A stretch of DNA of 64,000 nt. Source: Marsupella aquatica (taxonomy: Eukaryota; Plantae; Marchantiophyta). The notes below the pieces were generated by a model that worked only from the letters and a program-made list of their open reading frames with translations, was not told where the DNA came from and made no database searches. A program made the position numbers and the translations under genes. Location of the stretch: the NCBI GenBank assembly GCA_973895155.1, contig OZ316898.1, positions 5,753,079 to 5,817,078 on the forward strand, in the 5' to 3' direction. Positions 58,600-64,000 of this stretch are shown piece by piece. The first letter of the stretch is position 1, and each line of letters begins with the position of its first letter.

Positions 58600-59250
58600 C
58601 AACCCAAACCACATCAATCAATATCCCACATTGTTACTAACAGCACAAGAAATTCTTTGATTCCAACTCATTTGTTGCAATGAAACATTGCAGCCAACAC
58701 TTTGAAGTGGGCCAGATAGGATATCCTATAGCTTGCCAACATACCCAATGTAAACATATTTTGGATGGTCAGTTCCAGCTACAAAAGAGACAATGTTGGG
58801 AGTAGCAGTGGGCGCTAGAGCTATGAAACATGGGAAAATGGGCTACATTTGCCGCAACATTCGATTGCTTGGTTTATCTTAGACATCTGCATAGCTACAA
58901 AGTGGAAAAATTTCTGAACCCACATCCTTTTGGAGGATGTCATCAGCAGTGAAACTTCCATGCTAAAGGGAAGAAATCCAAGCGAAAAGAATGAAAGGGA
59001 AAGGACACAAGGATCAAATTCCACTTGAGCATAAATGCTGCTATTTCTCCATGATACAACATGTGCACGAGTGGCCTTTGAAAAATCTCAAGGAGCATGT
59101 GCATCACATGCTTGTGTCTTGAAGCCATATATGCACAGTTTGGCCTTGGCAATTTCTGATGTTCACAAATCTTTGGAGACTCCATGAATGAGATACTAGG
59201 CCTTGACAAGATGGATCCAAAATCTTTCTCCATGAATTCTATATGCAAAA
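58600..59250 (-). pseudogene. Possible heavily decayed LINE (L1) 3' fragment
   Basis: Across a frameshift the - strand reads CLFC..ELTIQNMF..A..LLVTMWDI, loosely resembling the C-terminal zinc-finger region of plant L1 ORF2. Many stops. Confidence 0.25.
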
Positions 59251-60842
59251 AATTATCGTACTACATAGCGGAGAGTCCGTAGTGATCACTGAGTAGAAGG
59301 TATGCACTGAATACTCCACTAGTTGTCACTTACATTAGGATTTGCTATAGTACAAGATGTTAGTAATTGACTCAAGTTCCCAGCTTTAGTTAGTTCGACC
59401 TTACTGGGGTTAGTTTAGGATAATATCCACTTATTTAGGCCACACATCTTAGTTCCCCTTGGGGGGTATAGGTTCGAGGGAGAATATTCCCTCCCTCATT
59501 CTTCACATGTACTTTCTCATGAGCTATGGATCCTTCAAGAATTTCCCCATTGTGGTGTCTTGTTAGGATAGTGTGAAATTGAATCTTCTCATGTTCCGCA
59601 TTGATGTCTAGTCTGGAGCTGACGGTTTCTTACCAAGGACCTCCATGAAACGGGTATGCTTGCAATGTCTTGAAGATTTCAAAATCTGCCAAAGGACCCG
59701 ACACAAGGAGTACTCCTATTCAGTGACTAACTTCTTATCAAGTAAAAACCCTTAACAACAAGTTATGTTCCTTACTTTTTGGTTCAACTTTTTGGTTAAA
59801 CCATAACTACAGGTAAAACACTTTTTTCATACCTACCATAGTGGTAGAATGCTCCTTCAGAATTCATGAACAAGGAGCGAAATGGTCAGGGGGTGTACAT
59901 TGGCCGGCCAAAATGGAAATTCTTCTATCTTTGATTTCAAACTATTTGTTCATCTTGAAAACAGAAACAACCCAACCATAGATCTTGTTGAGATTTTTCT
60001 TCTGAGCCCTATATGACCCTCCAAAATGGACGGATGAGATGCAAACAAAAATGCATGGCCTAGATAGCAAGAATTTGACTTTGCATGGGAGGCCAAAATC
60101 TCTAAAATTTGAAATCCATTGATAAGATTGAAGGGATTGGTTTTCATATTTTCTCACTTAATATTCCAAATTTTTGGCTGAAATTGTTACAAGCCGTAAA
60201 TCTTGGAGAGACCATTTTTGTAGCCCTGGATTGCATTTAAGGGTGGACAGTGCGTGCAGGGTGGAGTGGAAATCCAATGGCTGTTAGGAGGCACAGAGAG
60301 AGCTTCAGGTCCTTCAAGGGAGGTCAGTTTTTGAAAGGGCTTTCTTGGTAACCCAGATCCCGTGGAAGGCTCTTGTACCAGGAGTTGTAGTTTATGTACT
60401 CAGCAAGAGACATAGGCTACCAAATGATCCTGAACAAAATATCTTTGTGTTTAACTAAGCCTGACAATTCAGCTCTTGGGAACCCTGCGCCAAGTTATTG
60501 ATCCTTTGACATTATCTGTTACAATTTGATTGCTAACGGTGGGAACCCACCCTTAATAGATGATATTTTCTAAGTAATTGAATTAAATATACAGAAGTCA
60601 TATAATAGACTTCAGAAAGGAAACGCAAGGGATACAATATATTACTTTTGCCCCCACTATTTGTTTTTGAAATGTCAATTATACAATTATTCAAATTTTT
60701 AGGTTATACCATTCCTTGGTTTTAAACATTTTTGTTTGTCAAACATGATGTTCATGTAACTCCTTTCTTGTTGCAAATGTAGCCATTTGTGATTGGGTTC
60801 GTTTGGACACTGGTGCTTGGCGCAATGGGAAACCAAGGAATT

Positions 60843-61210
60843 TTGGAATGTACTTATGATGTGGGCCCCTAACAAGTGTAGATGACAAAAGCAACACCAC
60901 TAAAGATTTGCATGGAAACTTTTTGGCAAATAAATACACATAAACAAGTTTCTAAAAAATAAACACGACTACCTACTAAATCACGAGTTTAGTGACAGGT
61001 CTAAAAATAGTAAATCCTATTATTATATCTTGGAATGTACTTCTGATGTGGGTCTCTAACACGTGCCGATGACAATAGCAACACCACCACATGGAAAATG
61101 TTGTTGTGGCAAACAAATACACCTGAACAAGTTTTTTTAAAATGAGAATGATTACCTACTAAATCATTAGTTTAAGGACACGGATAATGATAGTAAATCT
61201 TATTATTATA
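60843..61210. repeat. Tandem duplication of about 185 bp, followed by a duplicated (GATG)n motif at 61215-61340
   Basis: TTGGAATGTACTT.TGATGTGGG..GCAACACCAC..TACCTACTAAATCA..ATAGTAAATC.TATTATTATA occurs twice. Confidence 0.8.
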
Positions 61211-61699
61211 ACTGCAATGGAAATGGATGGATGGATGGATATCAACCTACCGAAAAATAAATAAATAAATCTCATATTTATACCTACAATGGAAATGGAT
61301 GGATGGATGGATGGATATCGACCTACCAAAAAAAATAAAAGAGAAAAGATTATGCTAACCCATCATTGGACAGAAGAGGGCCCAAGTGCCCAACCCGGGT
61401 TGGCTCTGAGCCTGGGCCATGATGCATGGGCACACTGCCACCGCTCACGAACGCATCACCGTCTCATCTCACCGTACAGGAACGCTCGATAGGAGAGCGC
61501 CAGGCCCGACAGCCCGACCATCGTGACCTCTGCACTCGTGTCGCTCCTCTCTCAGCCAAAGTGTGCGCAATCTCTGTCCCTCTCTAGTCCCTCTCTCCTC
61601 AGCGATTGAGCGATGGAACACACGAAAGTAGAGGCTCAGAAGATGAGATGATGGCCGACGGAAGCCATGAAACGACGAGAGAAAAAAAGAGAGGGCGAA

Positions 61700-62090
61700 C
61701 GTAGAAGATGAAGATTTATTATTAGGTTCAGCACGATCTGTGTCGACGCCTCCTTAGCGTGCGCATTCTCCTGTCCTTCCCCCTCATTCCACAATGACGG
61801 AAGAAACGCAAGCAGAGCTATAGGAGAAGTGATGAAACGGAGATAGAGATAGAGATAGACGTAGAGAGAGAGAGGAGATGAAGATTATTAGGATCAACAC
61901 GATCTGTGTTGACGTCTTTGAGCTAGAGTGCGCAATCTCTGTCGCTCCCTGGGCAATGATGGAAGAAACGAAAGCGGAGCTACAGGAGAGGATGGACGAG
62001 GAACGATATGAAACAACGGGAGTCTTGAGAGAGAGAGCGAGAGAAGGTAGGAGATGAAGACTATTAGGTTCAGCACGATTTGTGTCGGCG
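61700..62090. repeat. Three diverged units of about 170 bp with GA-rich spacers
   Basis: GATGAAGA..TATTAGG.TCA.CACGAT.TGTGT.G.CG at about 61707, 61877 and 62052. Confidence 0.75.
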
Positions 62091-62272
62091 GGGGAACGGA
62101 ATTGCGATGCAGTGGAAAGTGTAGATGGTGCCGGCCGACGTCTTTCTGCTTTATCGCAGGACTAGTAACGCAGCTGTATTGTTTTGGAGGATAAGCTGGG
62201 GCGGTGACCATTTTGGTAGCGTGGTGAGAGGCTGCGGGCGTGCGTGCAGGCAGGCAGGCAGGCGATCGCACC

Positions 62273-63576
62273 ATGGGGTCGTCTCCGGCGCTGAGCACTG
62301 GACCTGCGGCCCGGACGGTGGTGCTCCTGATGCCTCAATTGGCGGGGCCACATGCATTTGTGGCGCCTTCGGCGACGGGCGGTGGTGTTCCTCTGCCTTC
62401 TTCTGCTTCTTTGCCGTCGGTGTCCTCTTTTTCTGCTGGTGCAGCTAATGGTGCTGCCCCTGGTGCAGGTTGGTGCTTTGCTTCCACTCAGTCCGATGTG
62501 AGTTTTTGAAAGTGAAAGTCGTGTCCGAATTGAGAACTTGCTGTCTTCTTTTCTTTCTGAACTGCCTCTTCTTATTTTTTGTCCATGCTTGGAGAATGAA
62601 TTTTGTCGCATGAGTTCGGGATTATCCTCCCTAGTCTATATTTGTATGGGCGTTTTCATTTGCACGAGAAGTGGAGGGCCTCATTTTCTCCCGTTGAAAT
62701 ATTTAAAAACTGAGCTGTCACATTTGCATCTTCAAGGTTTTCTGGTTCAGGTTGTCTGTTACTCTTCTTTCATACGGTCAGTGTGAAGAGTAGACTTCGC
62801 TTGCCAATGCTCCACGCACAATCTCGTTTTCCCTCAGTCTGAAGGAATGCTTTTCTACAGTAGTCGACCTGCCATATGTTTGTCATTAATGTAGTATAAT
62901 GTATTGTGTTATGGGCTTGACGTGGAGGCACCTGAATTTAAAGGTGATCAATGGTGATAGTCTTGGATAATTCACCCATAGGCTCTCAGGTCTCAAAAAA
63001 TGTTTCGTTCACTTAAACCACATGTGATAAAGTTCCTGCACAATCACTGCTTATCCATTGAAAATGCGAGTCGTGAGTTTGTGATGCAAAATTCATTTTG
63101 AGTTCTCCCGGGAACATATTTCTGGCAGGATCGATGACGGGAAACTCCATGTCAGTGCCCAAGCCCTTGGATCCAAAATGTCTCGAAGCGTTGTTCGGTT
63201 ATGCTCGCCTTCTGTTTGCTCAACCTCACAGGGGCAAGGTATCTATTCCTGGTCTACAGCCCATAGCCTATAAGACCTTGTCTCATCCTCCTTGTTCTGC
63301 TAACAGAGCATCTGGGCTGCAGAAACCAGTGCACTCTTGTTATTCATTTTACGTGCACTGAGTTCTATTTAGAAATCCTTGGTCGTATCCTCGATTTGGT
63401 AATGATGAGCAAAGCTTTGTACAGAGTTGCTTTCTGGCCTTCTCTGTCTTGATAACGAGGTTCAAAAATGCTGTGTTTGTTGGCGATCCTGTTCTACAGC
63501 TTGCTGTTCTAGGAGGTGCTGGAAATAAAATGCACACGATCACCAGTTGGGACCCTGGTCAACAAACACTCGAGTC
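62273..63576 (+). other. Possible first exons of an unidentified gene (incomplete model)
   Basis: CCATGG start opening an Ala/Ser/Pro/Gly-rich frame with donor-like GTTGGT and GTGAGT; later open segments flanked by AG and GT (about 63130-63237 and 63373-63576). Exon phases could not be reconciled and no family was recognised. Confidence 0.25.
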
Positions 63577-64000
63577 GGTAAGGGAACTGATAACTCTGGC
63601 TATATTCTACGCCCTTATCGTGCAAAAGCACAAATTTCCGTGGCTGCTAAGATGCTTGTAGCCATCAGAGGTGACCAGTCCCCTTTTGAAGGAAACATTG
63701 GAGAGATCTGGCAGCACTCTGCAGTCTGAATTGTACGGCACTGTTGTTTTCCTCCGTTAAACTTGGAATCCTGTCCGGGAGACCATGGAGATTACTAGAA
63801 CGAGTTTCTTGAAGCTGGAATTCTGGAGTTAGGGTGTCTTGGAGTTAGCAAGTACAGTTTACAAGTTGAGGAGTATACTTATGGTTCTCCTACGGGATTC
63901 GCTGCAACCTGCAGATTATGAAGGGGTTCTCTCAGTGGAAATTGTCAGAACAGGATTTTACAGCCAACGACCTGCAGTTCGGTATTCAGGAAGCTATTCA

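Overview
Eukaryotic land-plant genomic DNA. GT-AG introns and the gene and transposon content suggest a bryophyte or other non-seed plant, but that is inference. Two confidently reconstructed genes converge: a 3-exon BAM1-type beta-amylase (+, 20357-22589, 616 aa) and a 26-exon TASH3 (TPLATE complex SH3 subunit; -, 29994-39575, about 1181 aa). The rest is rich in transposable elements (TEs). (1) A young full-length Ty1/copia element (51645-58247; 475-bp LTRs, TSD CCAAC) has gag and pol in one frame, separated by a single TGA, and its LTRs carry an 18-bp motif array. (2) An ORF-less Bianca-like LTR element (1623-5243) has identical short LTRs and a half-tRNA-Ile-type primer site. (3) A 911-bp element with terminal inverted repeats (TIRs) and an 8-bp target-site duplication (TSD) has a C-rich/G-rich fold-back interior (10052-10962). 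(4) A non-autonomous Helitron is filled with a 35-bp minisatellite (about 44185-45437). Two pre-miRNA-like hairpins (26311-26413, 29627-29721) and a decayed repeat-protein-like region (about 23.8-25.6 kb) lie between the two genes. No CRISPR array, rRNA or intact tRNA gene was seen. I cannot establish a new multi-gene system from the sequence. The best leads are the gag-TGA-pol junction, the candidate MIRNA hairpins and the G-quadruplex-rich TIR element.
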